DNA of 63,551 nt, the filler included, from Bigelowiella natans CCMP2755 (Eukaryota > Protista > Cercozoa), in the NCBI GenBank assembly GCA_000320545.1. It is 5 parts of 5 records of this genome, joined end to end, with 100 filler letters (N's around TTAATTAATTAA, not from the genome) between each part and the next. Parts side by side here need not be neighbours in the genome. Positions count along the whole stretch, not along the records: positions 1 to 15,519 come from ADNK01003489.1; 4 more parts are not named here. One strand, given 5' to 3'. A model generated the notes under the pieces. It searched no databases. It saw only the letters and a list, made by a program, of their open reading frames with translations, and was not told the DNA's origin. Of this stretch, positions 1 through 13,925 are shown piece by piece. The position numbers and the translations under genes are program-made. Numbering within the stretch: the stretch's first letter is position 1; the number at the start of each line of letters is the position of its first letter.

Positions 1-174
1 CATCCTTGTTCCAGTATTTTCCTTCTTCTTTCTGCGGTTATAATTTTACCCCCCACATAACCGACCTTCCGTAAGAAAGAAAGAAACATATGTTGTAAGA
101 GAAACAACAAGGAGAAATATGTGTGTGTGTGTGTGTGTGTGAGTAGCAGAAGTAACAGTGCTTTATGTGTGTAT

Positions 175-213
<39 letters not shown>

Positions 214-251
214 ATATAAGCTAGATCTACGCTCTAAACTTCTATACTACA

Positions 252-283
<32 letters not shown>

Positions 284-891
284 ATTTAAATGGTGATGAT
301 GGTTTTAGCAGGGGGGGAGGGAGAAGGGATAATCCAACAACCATTGAGAATCGTTGCGATCGGTAAACAAGCAAATGCATCCGAGTAAAGCTCATATCTG
401 TCAATGTATGTTGTCATCATAATATCACAATAATAACTATGTTACACATAATAGCTTATTATGGTGAGGAAGCAATGTTACATCATCCCCCCCCTCCCCC
501 CTCATCCTGCTCCTCCTCCTCCAGCAGCAGGACCGGCTGATGATACTCATGTTGTTGTTGTTGTTGTTGTTGCTGTTATTGTGCATTTAAGTTGGATATG
601 TTATTACACATCAGAGTTTGGATATTTCTCCAAGCATTCAGCCTTAAATCCATGGTCCTCCGTCATATCAGTAGCCTGAAAGTAGTAGTATCAAGTATTG
701 CTCATTCAAATATCAACCATTGCAACGTTATTTATAGTAGATGTAGAGTATGAATTCCTCAATAGTGCTGGGATTATGATGTAGAGTATAAATTCCTCAA
801 CAGTGCTGGGATTATCATGTATAATCGCCATTATTACTCGTCGTTCTTATTAAAACAAAGACTATTATTATTAACAGTTATTATATACTAC

Positions 892-929
<38 letters not shown>

Positions 930-1091
930 TCATGATTCCCACGATTCAGATAAACCGAGGTTGGAAATAATATCTTGAAAGCAAAGAGGATAAGAACAAC
1001 CTTTATGTTGTTGGGACATTTGGTGGAGAAGGAGCAGGAGGAGAATAAGCAATAAGCGCGCAACGGTTATCTCTCTCCCTTTCCTTCTCTA

Positions 1092-1135
<44 letters not shown>

Positions 1136-1460
1136 GTACTCAAGAAGAATGAGAAAGAGAGAGAGAACGAGAGAGAGGGGGGGGGGGGGATGGGAGAGAC
1201 GAGCGTGTAGATAGAATGTGGGTAGTATGCAGGTTGTTGTTGTTGTTTTCCGATTAGGGTTCCACTATTTAGGGTTTGAATGTAGGGTTAGACGACTATG
1301 CAGGCTGCTTTCCGATTAAGAGGGGTTAGATGAAATAATTAGAGTGTTTATTCTTCTCTGATAATATCATGATCATCATCATTCTACCTCACAAGATTGA
1401 TCTCCTCTGTCAACGAAATCGCCATTGAATAAGTACCTGTAGAGGTTGCTATTAGAATAC

Positions 1461-1507
<47 letters not shown>

Positions 1508-1603
1508 TTTAATGAATTAACATACTCACAACAACAAAAATCATTAAAACAGTAATCGTTACTGCTGGTGTTCCGAGAATTATACGTAGGAGTATTAATA
1601 GTG

Positions 1604-1636
<33 letters not shown>

Positions 1637-2088
1637 ACAATATCTTGATAATTAGATATAATATATCATATTTCTATTGCAGCATCTACTACTACGTTAT
1701 CTCGTAACATGGTAGTAGTAGTAGTGGTAGTGGTAGTAGCAGCAATAGTACATATTGTTTGTGGAAGGAATTCCTTTAAGAGTAAATATGTGCAGAAGAT
1801 CCTCTAATTGGCCTTGGAGTATATTAACATTATCATGATGATGATTATAACGACGATAATGATTTTGATAAGAATACTATTTAAAGATAGTACATATATC
1901 TCGGGATAGGAATAACAAGTAAAAATAATAACAATAACTGATTGAGAGACTAAAGAGGATGAGGAGGATGAGGAGGATGAGGAGGAGGAGGAGGAGGGAC
2001 TTCGTCTTTCTTCTCTTCTTCTTCTTCTTCTTCTTCTTCTTGCTGTTACTGTTGTTCCTTATAACCCGCATCGCAATACTCTTCTTTT

Positions 2089-2142
<54 letters not shown>

Positions 2143-2210
2143 TGTGTGTGTACCATGAAGATCGCCGACAACAACCTTTACAAACATAGCAGCAGCAACA
2201 ACAAATGCAA

Positions 2211-2245
<35 letters not shown>

Positions 2246-2279
2246 ACGAATACACATACATACCTGTCAGCAAAACATG

Positions 2280-2324
<45 letters not shown>

Positions 2325-4229
2325 GCGTACAAAGAAAAAACAGTTGCTTGAAATCATCAATAGGCAAATACAACAGTGATAGCACGCTGCTTCTTCAATG
2401 TTATAAAAAGGAGGTGAAGGAGGTGAAGGAGGAGGAGGAGGAGGAGGAGGAGGAAGATCATCCACACTCTTGCTTCTCCTCACGACGAATATTCTCATAC
2501 AACTGATTTATTGATAGTTGTTGGTGTTGGTACTACTGGTACTACAAGTTGTTAACAAATACAACCATTGTCTTCTTCGACGATATGGTAATACGATTCA
2601 CATTTGGTTCCTCCTCCAGGATCTACGGTATTATTATCACAAATTATCATTAGTAGTAGATGGTGGGGGTGTTGACCTACTACTACTACTACTACCTGTT
2701 TTGCCTCTGTGATAATCCGGTAAAGCAAAGCTTCACTAATGACTTGATACTCACGGCACCTTAAGTAATAATAATACTAACATCAAACGATGTATATCAG
2801 TTCTATGACCGGAGTTGTTGTCCTTCCTTCCTTCCTCAATATCGTTTATTATTTTCTTCTTTCATATCCTCCCCCTCATCATCATCACACTACTACCTAT
2901 CCATCATTGCTGTAACGTCATCTAAAGTAAGTTTATCGTCTCCTTTAACGTGTAGTCCGGGGAAGGAGTTTTGACGAACCAACGGTGGTGGTGCTAGTGC
3001 TGCTGCTGGTGATGGCTGATGATGAAAGTAGTCCTCCTTATTAGTATGATTATTATTATCACTACCATCATCCTGCTTGTCGTCGTCACATTCTTTCGCA
3101 TCATGTACCACTCCTCCTCCTCCTCCTTTATTTTCTCTCTCCCCTTTCGAGGCTGCTGCTGCTACTGCTGTTTTTGTTGTTGTTTTTGTTGTTGTTGTTG
3201 TTGTTGTAGTAGTAGTAGTGGTAGCATCTGCAACAATAACTGGAAATGATGATGATGATGTTGTTGTTGTTGTCGTAGTAGTAGTGGTAGCATCTGCAAC
3301 AATAACTGGAAATGATGATGATGTAGCATATGATTGGGAGGATGCTGTTGCTTTGTTGTCATCATCGTAGTACTCATCGTTGTTTTTGTCCTGGCTGCTG
3401 TAGTTGGCAGATGATGTTGTTCTTGATGATGATGATGATGATGATGATGATACTTTGGATTGGGTGCTCACGAGTCTGCTTCCTCTTCTCATACTTAACG
3501 ACGAAACCTCCCTACTATCTCCAAGTGTAGCACTTTCAGTAGTAGCTGCTGCTGCTACTGCTGCTGCTGCTGTGTACGATGTCGCCCCCCCCCCCATTAT
3601 CGTCGTCCTCATCATCATCATCATCCTCGAACGTTTCCTTCCAGAAACCATCGATGACGATGACGATGACGACATGTTAGTACCAGCGCCATCCTCACGA
3701 ATATCCATATCATTATTATCATTATTGTTATTATTGTTATCTTTACGAATCTTCTTTCTTCCAACCGGTGCAGCACTACTTCTACTACTTTTATTTCTTC
3801 CAGTAGATGAGTTGGTAGTGCTACATTCATTCCGACTATTACTAGTATTGCTGCTACTACTACTACTACTTTTCCCAAGTGCTGCTGCTGCTAATGATGA
3901 TGATGATGATTTCGCAGATCTTGGTGATTGTAGCCGAGGAAGTATACGAGCAGCACGGGCACGCACAAGACTTGCTCTGGATGATGATGATGATGATGAT
4001 GAAATTATTATCATTATTGACACATGAGGATTGTAGTATATCCATCCGTGGAACAACAATGATGATGATGGCGACGACGAAGCAACACATTAACAATAGT
4101 AGTATATTTATTCTATACCAAACTCTAGTTTTATCATCCCACCGCTGCTGCTGCTACTTCATGTGTGTGTATGTGTGAAACTGATTAGTGATCAAGTGGG
4201 AGATTACATGTTCTACAGGCAGATATACA

Positions 4230-4269
<40 letters not shown>

Positions 4270-4360
4270 TTTAACAACAGCTTCTTCTTACTACCTTTGC
4301 ATCTCCGCCTCCAGTTTGTCTTCCAACAGTTTTAAGGTATAGTTGAGCAACTTTCGTCTG
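1..4360 (-). CDS. PPP-family Ser/Thr protein phosphatase (PPEF/PP5/PP7-like), multi-exon, runs off the window start; 5' end uncertain
   Basis: Minus-strand GT-AG exons give ILEEEPNVNRITIS (~2640-2600), VVVGDLHG (~2175-2154), QLEDLLHIFTLKGIPS (~1812-1755), YLFNGDFVDRGDQSCE (~1437-1388), VVLILFAFKILFPTSVYLNRGNHE (~1000-928) and YSDAFACLPIATIL (~397-345). These are the GDxHG, GDxVDRG and GNHE metallophosphatase motifs. A long low-complexity exon lies at ~2897-3977. Confidence 0.88.
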
Positions 4361-5342
4361 CATACCACCAGCAGTAGTGGTAGTAGAGGGAGGAGAAAGA
4401 GTGGTGAATTTAAAGGCATAGTATGTACAGAAACTTTGTCTTTTTTTCCTTCTTCTTCTTCTTCCTCTTCTTCTTCTTCTTACCTCTTTTCGTCGTTGAC
4501 CAAATCATTAGTATTATTATTGGGCTTCTCCTCCTCCTAAAGTAGTAACACATGTTGTTATGACGACGGGTGTGAAAGAATGGACACATTGCACCACCAC
4601 CACCACCACGACGAGGACACATATGCAGTATGAACAGAAAAATGTCAGTGATGAGGAATTTATGTGTGTTGTAGTAGCGGGACCTTCTGGTCAACTTCTG
4701 AGTCGTCCGAAGAACTGTCAAAGCGTGATCATTATATCATCGTCAGCATAATTTCCTTGTGAATACATTCTTGCACGACACGATGCCAAAAAAGATAATA
4801 TTGGTTGATAGTAGCAGGAGCAGGGGCAGTAGCAAGAGTTGCAGTAGTAGTGGTGTTTTAGGTTAAACCAAAATTGATTATAATGGTGATAATAAGGCTG
4901 TGAGGAGGGGAAAGAGGGGAAAGAGAAATCAGAAGGACTAGAATCTTACGAGGATATTGACACTTCATCGTTCGTTGTCGTCAGCATCATCATTACAGAG
5001 TAGTTAGTAGTTATGTCCTGCTATTGGGAGGTTAGTAGCCAAGTTTAAGAAGTGATGATAATGATGATGATGCTTTAGTCTTACCGCTGACAGCTCGTTC
5101 TCTTCCTCCTTCTCCTTCATCCAGCTCCTCACTCTTCGTGTGCGCTCATATTCAAGACGATGATGAGCAGTATGCTCGTACTCTGTCCTTCACAATGATG
5201 TGCAAATGTGCATATGATCGATAGATTGGATCATCATGTTGTCGCATCTATGATTCCCCCTCAATTTATCTTAAATGATTTTTAGATCGATTTCATGTTG
5301 TCGCATCTGTAATTCCCCCTCAATTTATCGTTGCTCGGTATT

Positions 5343-8095
5343 ATGGTGCCCGGAGAAGAATGCTCCTCCCCCTCGACTACCGAATACAACGGTTCTTTGC
5401 ACCGGGCTAAAATGACAGCTAGCGAAAGCGAGAGAGGAGAAAAAGGAAAATTCTACAATAAGTACAATGAGAAACACCGTAAGATTGAGGTGGACAAAAA
5501 GCAGCAGCAGCCCCTCAAGAAGCGTTCTAGCCGCATACCTATCACGCTTAGCCAAAGTAGCAGCAGCGACGGTGGCAGCATTCTATCTGAGACCCGAGAC
5601 TCCAAACGGGTCACGCAAAAAACTGTTTTCTTCGGTCAGTGTTGTTCCTTATTCGTCGATTACATAGAGTAACGAAAATGATGAGTGGCCATTGCATAAC
5701 TGTGACTGCTCATCATCATATTTTGTAAATGATGACGGCTCATTCCATCACTGTTCATCACCATGTTTTGTACGCAAAACTATTACAGTTCGACATGCCG
5801 AAAGTTTGGAGAATGTGCATATAAGGTGATGATGGTGCCAGAGCCATAGCTATTAAATAATTAACGTACATTCTAAGGAGGAGGAGGCATAGTTGGAATT
5901 GTCGTCGTGTGATTGCTGTGGAGGAGGCATAGTTGGATTTTTCGTCGTGTGATTGCTGTGATCTTTGTGTGATACTGCTACCGCTAAAGATGACTGTAAT
6001 ATCTTCCCTTTATATCATTTTCTTCAAGATCTGCAGTAAATTGTTGGCGCAGAATCAAAAATTTCGCCATGCCAAAGGCTTCTGAAGTACGTACTCCGTA
6101 ATAAACACTACATTTTTCTAGCAACTTTTGATTGAGGAGTCAGTGTGTGAGGGGGGGAGAAGAGGTGAGGGGAAGGAGAGGGTATGGGGAGGAGGGTTGA
6201 GGGTTTCAGGAAAGAATAACGATATTATGTAGACAACCATCAAGTATTTGGTTCTATGTTCATATGAAAGAATAATACCCTATTTATCATCCTCTCTGTT
6301 ACACTCTCTGTCGTATTATTATTATGATCACGCATACACTCACACACACTCTCACACTCTCACACACGTAAAAACATGACATACACATGCACTCGATCAA
6401 CCAGTACTAAACATTGTTGTATGAATATTTTTGTGGATCATCAATTAGTTGTGAGCATCCTCTTCGGTATATTAGATATGTAGTGCCTCTCTCTCTCTCT
6501 CACTATCACTCTAAATAATCTGTTGCCTGCAAGTACCTTCCTTACGTTCCATTGCATCAGTTGTGTGCTTTGGTTAGGTTTGGGACGCGATAAAGCTGCT
6601 AAGCTTCAATAGTGATGCAGATTTGAGTGAGAATGGCCACGGTTACGCAGTTTTTTTTAGCATTTTGAGAAAAACTAATTGTGGTAACGACAACGTGCTA
6701 ATTTAGAGATGACTGCCGACATGTGTCCTATATCTTGAATATAATATAATGATGGACACCACCTTAATTCATTTTCACTATCATCAACACTGTCAATTAT
6801 AGGAACTAACATTTTGTTTTGCATCAGCAATGATAAAAGAGATGGTCGCCAAGCTAGAGAAGGATGATGCTGGTTGTACATCACCATCCAAAGAACAACA
6901 TATATGCTGTGTGATGGTGGTGCTATAACTTTGCTGCTGCTGCTGATAAATTACTTATAATAATGATGATAATAATAATAATAATAATAATAATACCTAA
7001 TATTGTAACGTTGCTGCTGCTCAGTATACTAATGCTGCTACTCTACAACAGCATCAATGTTTCTACGAGGGAAAAATGCAAAAAGAATGGAATGCACCCG
7101 CTCTAACTTTTGTTCTACAGAACAACGCTCCTCTTCCAAAACAAATACACAACCATCCCTCCTAATAGTTCATTCACCGCTCCTTCGCGCCGTGAAAACG
7201 TATCAACTTATGATAAAACCAGTTGTGCTACAATACAGAACTACAAATACTACCTACTCGGTATTAACTCATAATGGATGGGCATTGTGATGCATATGGC
7301 TTTTGATAGTAATGATAACAATAATAATAATAACAACAATAATGATAATAATAATAATATACGCAAGCTTGAGAGTAACTATTATCAGGATAATACAGAT
7401 GATAACGATGATTAAGGCGTAGTTGATAATGATGATAGTGCTGATACTAGGAGTATTTTTCTTTTTTGTTGAAAGGAGGGGAAAGATGCGAACATCATGT
7501 CGGCAATCACTCTCTCTAGTCGACGACCTGGTGCTGAGCATTTGCCCAACACGAGCACTACTCTACACGTCATATGTTCACCTCTGCTTTCCGAGCGCAC
7601 ATTTAAAGAGCACTTGATGCCAAAACCCTTCGAGTACGTTTCAAATGTAACGATGATTGCAATAGTAGCCAACGCAGTAGCGAGGATAGAAGTAAGATTA
7701 TATCCTTCCTTAGCGTTTTGATTATACAAATTATATTAACGAATTATCATTAGAAAGCGAGTATTCGAATTCGAAAAATGGCTAGATTCTCGTCACGAAG
7801 CAAATATCGTGCTCATCGGACACAGTAAATTCTTCAGACGCTTGCTCGGTAAATATCTGCCAAGAACTCTTCTTCTCTCTATTACTTTATGTTTACATCA
7901 TTGTGTTGGTGGTTTGTATATTTTAAATCTGGCAACCTTCTTGGCTATGAAGGTAATGCCTGCTCCTCACCCAAATTTGGAAATTGCGACATTTGGGAAT
8001 TCACCCGCATATATGGCATTGGAGAGCGTGCTATGTGGAAAGAAGTGGGACGCAGGTCATTATCATTCATCTTGATGGTTGCATGTATCACATAG
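5343..8095 (+). CDS. Histidine phosphatase (phosphoglycerate mutase-like) superfamily protein, multi-exon; ends approximate
   Basis: Spliced KTVFF|VRHAES (5621-5634 joined to 5789) is the RHG/RHA motif. Also DADLSENG (~6615), LIVHSPLLRAVKT (~7160-7199), IVLIGHSKFFRRLL (~7806-7847) and FGNCDIWE (~7976). Confidence 0.78.
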
Positions 8096-8711
8096 TTCTG
8101 CATCAGAGATGCAAATTACGATGGCAAATCTCCTTGCACGTATCATTTTCAGGTATTTCTCTGGTCTCTCTATTCCATAAGGAGTCTCATTATTTGAGTC
8201 TGAATGTAATGACGGAGTAACCGGAGCTTTTGTGAAAATTGCGGCGTTTCCGTTCTCTTGCGACAAATATGTTATGGAGGTAATTCAGAGCTTTGTTCTG
8301 TCTCCATCAATGACCAAATTAATGAATATTTTGATCTTGAGGTGTTGTGTGTTGCTGTACTGCAACAATTTTAATACGGAAAAGAATTCCCAAGGTGTGC
8401 GCAATGGGCGGCTTATCATGTAAGAACAACTGCATGTGATGTTACAAAGTTACGTGAGCATGAATTCATTCGATCTGTCTAGCGATGCGTCTTCTAGGGG
8501 CATCTGCTGCTGCGCTAGTTTGTAGCCTACCAGGGCTATGTAGCGTACGCACGTACGAACATGTGTAGTTTCTAATCTATTATTATTTTTACCAACACAT
8601 GCTAGCATGTTCTATTCTAATGACATGCATTGTCAAAGCACACGTGTTGCAAAGCACATTGGCATGTGTCCCAGAGAACATGTGTTTTAAACCGCGGATG
8701 CGCTTCATAGC

Positions 8712-9773
8712 CCATGCACTAGTGCTGACGCGCTAGCACACAGCAACGTGATTGACGACGACATTCAATTCGTGGCAAGACATCTGTCTAGCCATGCCTG
8801 CAGTGCAACACATTGCATGGCATCCAGACAACAGACATTGCAATGCAATGCATCTTGCATGCATTGTGTCGCTTTGTGCATGATGCATCTTGCACGTGTT
8901 GCATTGCTTTGTCCACGATTCAGCACGAGCTAGCGAGAATGCGTGCATTGCTGCGTGCATTGCCATGCGACATGCATTGCACGCATGGCAGACTGGCAGA
9001 GCTGTGTGCGCGTGCGAGCGCGCGCAAATCATGGAGATGTGTGGATGGTTCACAAAGACACATCTGGACATGCTGGACTTGCACAACGCACGCATGTGAT
9101 GCTGCTGGCGCCAACGTGGGCCATCGTTGTCTGTCTAGCTGTGTTCTAGCTGCAATCTGTCTCTGACATTGCAGACACACACACACACCCAGACATGCAC
9201 TCCTACGTTCCTGGTTTCATTGTCTTTGGTGCCTGATCTTTGCCAACTTTGGGATTGTGACTTCTCTGGTTCTCTTTGCTTTCTTCACCCCGAACTAGCG
9301 AAGTCCTCCCATCATGGCTTTGCCATTCTTGGAGTTTGCCAAGCAAGAACGCCGTGCCTTCAAACCCCAAGCGAACAATCCCATGGACCACACCTTCATG
9401 GTCCACTTGGACACTCGAGCTTCACGCCAACCACAACATCCCTGGCTTTTGCGGAGACATTGCCCCTGCTGGATGGCACAAAGTTGGAGGAGGACACGCT
9501 CATCCTGACGGGATTCATCCGGGATGAGTCTTGGACACAGTTCCGAACATCCTTCGTGAACAATGAACAACGGACAATGATGAAAAACCACGTTTCCAAA
9601 GTGTGGAAACTGACAAGACACTTGCAATGTGCGAAATGCAGTGCCTTGAACTGGCTTCAGTGAGGAGGACTGACAGCGTTGATTTCAGCCCTGAACTGAT
9701 GACTCATTTGGAGCCGGGCCGACAAAAAAAGTGCAGAAATTGGCTGCATCTGTTCATTTTTTTGTCGTCGTGG
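8712..9773. repeat. Degenerate dispersed repeat/relic, TpA-depleted patch 1
   Basis: No TA dinucleotide between 9297 and 9774. A ~50-nt segment (9556-9606) is similar to the reverse complement of 23281-23332. Confidence 0.6.
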
Positions 9774-9847
9774 TAAATTTGCCTCAATTTTGGCAAAAAA
9801 GGAACCATCTCATCATGTCACTGGGAAGAATCGGCTATAAACTAAAA

Positions 9848-11303
9848 ATGGCTACCGGCTCTGCAGTTCCAACCACTAGATCAGACAGCGAGAAAAATCA
9901 AGGATCCGCAGAATCTAAATCTAATTCACCAGAATCTAGGGCGCTTACTCTTGCTAAGAAAGATGGGTCAGTAACTAGGGTTTTTGCAGACGAAAGTTAA
10001 AATTATGCGCGACATCACTGCGCTCAACTACGTATCCATCTAACTTGCAGGTTCAAGTGTGCTATATGCATGGAACCGTATGTAAGTGCAGTATCTACAA
10101 GTTGCGGACACACATTTTGCAGGTAAAATTTAAGTTTTTTAATACGGTGAAAGTTGATGTTGGTTCTGATGATCCTCTTTGTTTGGTCGTTCGTCGTCGT
10201 ACATTACCATTAAAGGTACTGCATCGCAATTGTCGTTCAACAAGAGGCTACACGAAAATCTCTATCAACTGAGAAGCCCCTGGAGACTCAGTTCCCAAGA
10301 TGCCCAATGTGCCGAAAAGAAATACAAGGCAATATATGCGGAAATCCAGAAATTGACAATGCAATGGTACGCATGCACTATATCATTGCGATTGTGAATG
10401 TGCATTCTTAGTTACCTGTATGCTACTCTACTGCTATTGATCACAAAGAAAACTGGTCAAATATGGGGTACTAAGGCAAAGATTTACTGTGGTGTCTGCT
10501 CCGTTGTTTTCGACAACGACAGCGAGAAGGATCTGGTGTGTAATGCAAGAGGAAATCTAACCTTATCCTGAAAGATTTAATCATAAAAAAATGACGGCCG
10601 GCTTGTTTGTTATCAAATTATTCCGACAAAGCAGACAGAATCAGAAAAGTTCCAGATGGTAGTAAATGAAGATGGGTCCTTTGTGAGTGACATTTCTTGG
10701 AAAGAAAATTCAACAGTGACGAGGTAGCAAATCGAGTTTAGTTTGAGCACTATCCATTTTTGTTATGATCTAATCTCTTCTTGTCTACTTTCTTGTGCAG
10801 GATTAACGGTACATGGGATGAGAAGACCGAGAACATACAGGCAAAAGCGTTCACAACCACTTGGTACCGAGATACTATGTGCGAGCGTCATCCATTGTAA
10901 CTCGAGACTACTACTATTTGATACCACTATAACAGGCATTCAGATGTCAATTCTCAATGGGCACGATATAGGTACTACTATGCTGCTGCTGGAATAGTAA
11001 AAGAATGATGGTTAGCGTCAAGATCCTCGATTCGAATAAATATAATCTACCTAAACCAATTTTACTCAAATGCGATTGGAAATCTTAGGCCACAGCACGT
11101 GAAAGGGATATTTCCATCTATGAAAATACGGTAGTAGGATAGGATAATGATTACTATTTGATTATCCATATTAAATGGGATCACAGAAGAACCTAGAATT
11201 TGATAAATTTCATGATTTCAGTGAAACAGAAAGCAAGATTGTGCCTTACGAAGTTTGGACAGGTGATACCTTTAAAATAACGTAGCAATGGTTTTAACTT
11301 CGG

Positions 11304-11340
<37 letters not shown>

Positions 11341-11526
11341 GCATCATAGGCTCTTTGAATTCAAAATCCCAAGGAAGGTTTGAAGTAGGTCAAGGTAGGT
11401 TTGAACCCAAGGATTCTTCTACAGGACGGGAAAGTGGAGGTGTATTATTGATGCAACTCCAAGAAAGCTCAAACTTCATCGAAGGCACGTTTGATGAGGA
11501 TTTCAGAAAGTACCTATCGATAAGTT

Positions 11527-11563
<37 letters not shown>

Positions 11564-11820
11564 TTGATTTATTCTGACAAAACTTCCAGGTATGTAGCTG
11601 AAAATAAACCAGAAAAGGAGGAGGCGTCATTCTTATCATCGTTTTTAGCACCTCCCAAACCAAAACAAAATATGAGAAACGGCAAGCAGGGCGGTACGTG
11701 AATCAAGAAACTTCCTCTGTGTTTTCATGAGAATACATTTTTTCCAAAGGGTTGGCATTTGCAAAGCTATGGGCACATTCAAGCCCAGATGTTACTGCCT
11801 TCAAAGGCGAAACTGTATAG
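9848..11820 (+). CDS. RING-HC (C3HC4) zinc-finger protein, putative E3 ligase, multi-exon; 3' end approximate
   Basis: Exons 10051-10122 (FKCAICMEPYVSAVSTSCGHTFC) and 10216-10366 (YCIAIV...RCPMCRKEI) splice GT-AG into a complete C-x2-C...CGH-x2-C-x2-C...C-P-x-C RING. Confidence 0.8.
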
Positions 11821-12879
11821 AATCGTCCACACGTTTACGGTTTGTTTTCATGGCATCTATTCGATTACAGCTCTCTTGTTTTGTATCATAGAGCTCAGGC
11901 TCAAGATGTGTAAATTTGGGTTTTAACTTTTCGTGACAATTATACGCATGGTTACAGCATATTGTTAGCGAATAAAGGAGAGCTCTCTCTCTCTCCAAAT
12001 GATGACATACTCTCGACCGCATCCAAGCGAATTAAATTCTCGTGATAATTATATATTTTCAGTCCTGACTATTCGTGGCCTCCATGCGTTGCATTGTGCA
12101 TAGTTCATGCTCTGCTGTTAAAATAAATGTGATTAGTACACAGCATTTCTTCCATTTAATTCGTCTCATGTGTAGTCTATTACAGTTATTACGGCATGTG
12201 CGCACGCTGTGTTCTTTCCGAAATCTTTTCAAGTTGCTTTAAAATTCTAAACTAGCTAGCTAGCAATCGAAATAACATCGATATCTGGACCATCACCGAC
12301 AAAGCATGTGTTGTAGCTGCGTAGTCGTACGAAATAAAATCCGTCACCTGCTTGCGGCCAGATGCTCTGCTATCGTCTCAAGATCATTATCTGCACGTGC
12401 TGCCTAATTGCCATCATGCTGCTAGGTTTGATCGATGTGATTTCCTAAGTTTCAGCGATTACAACATGGATCGATGACATGCTATGGTGCTTACTGCCTG
12501 CCCGCGCGTTGTAGCGTCGATCATATACGGTGCGATCTAGCCCGCACGTTGCAATGTAGCATGAAGTATACGTGGTACGCTCTACTTGTGAAGTCGTATG
12601 CATGTGCGTCCGGCATGCACTACTCTATGTGAGCATGCCATTTTCTACCAAAGTGTTTTGCTCTCTCAAGTATCTACGGCACGTACATGTCTGCATGGCA
12701 ATACATGCGCCTGTTGTGCCTTGTTCGATCCTGGTGCTTTTTTCACAACTTTGAGTATGCGAAGATGTTGTTCGGAGCGGGTGGCATTGTCACGACTGCA
12801 TCAATTTCAATTACATATTGGCTGATTATCCTTCTGCAAAATGAAGCCGGGGCAGCACAGAGGCACATCATCTATGTGC

Positions 12880-13760
12880 TCGACAGCGAACCAGATGCTA
12901 CAGCAAGTCACGTTCGTACAATTAGGCCTTTTGTAATTTTGGCTGGTATTTTGTTACATCAATAGCTCATTGCTTTGCACATCTGGTGCCATTTGCATGT
13001 TTTTTTAATTTAGATTTTAGTAGCGTTTTCTCCCTCTTCTTTGCCTCTCTTTGTACGCGTTTCAATTGTTTCTCCGCCTACAAAATATTGCTTTTAAATC
13101 AAAAACATGATGATCCACCCTACCTGCATGTAGTGATTAACCTCTTTTGCTCGTTTTGTCTGTTCTCTCCTAGCTCGTCTAGCTGCCTCAACTCTTTCCT
13201 ATGAAATATACTCTTATGCCGATTTCAAACATATTACTTCAGACATACCTTTCTCTCTTGCTTTATTCTTTCTTTCTCAGCTTCTTGGCGCTTTTTTTTT
13301 TCCTCTGCTTCTTTCTCGTATTTCTTTGAATATTCCATGGCTCGCTTGAAAAGATCCTTTTTCTCTTCCTGTTGATGTGATTATCGTTCGTCACTGTATT
13401 GTTGCTGTATTTGCTGTTTTTCGCATTCTCTACTCAACCTCCGTCATATCCTCAATAGGCTTTGTGTTGCCCTCATCATCTTCCAACACTGAAGAAAGAC
13501 TTCCAACCCTAACAGTAAAACGCCGACAGTAGCAAGTGACGATTGTAAGTTGGTGGCCGAGTATTCTTGTCGTTCACCACAACATATTGTTCAAGTAAAC
13601 CAAACTGAATCATCCTACTTTCGTTTCTTCAACATCTGTTTTACTTTGGTTGAGTTAAATTCATCCAAGAATTTTACGCTAAAATAATATTATATTTTAT
13701 AACAACACGCAGAAATTAAAAATAAGTAAATTAATCAGGGACGCTTGGACTCAAAGAAAG

Positions 13761-13800
<40 letters not shown>

Positions 13801-13879
13801 CGACGGGAGGAAAATCTGAAATGAAACCAAAAAGTGAGCAAACCGATACATGAAGAAATATCTTTTGTGTTATGCTGCA

Positions 13880-13925
<46 letters not shown>

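Noticed and set aside
1253-1330. TTAGGG-like motifs as telomere
   Set aside because: A few scattered, non-tandem copies inside an intron.
1877-2506. ORFs with [16 protein letters not shown] runs here and throughout
   Set aside because: Translations of intronic microsatellites.
5879-5960. 40-bp tandem duplicate as further TA evidence
   Set aside because: Its differences are transversions outside TA; recorded as a counter-example.
8733-9663. Many overlapping Cys/His-rich ORFs (also 23186-23837)
   Set aside because: Loss of TA removes TAA/TAG stops and creates TGY/CAY codons; by-products rather than genes.
8712-9773. CpG deamination or fungal RIP as the cause of TG/CA richness
   Set aside because: CG is still plentiful (e.g. 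GCGCGCGC near 9018) and TA is lost rather than gained.
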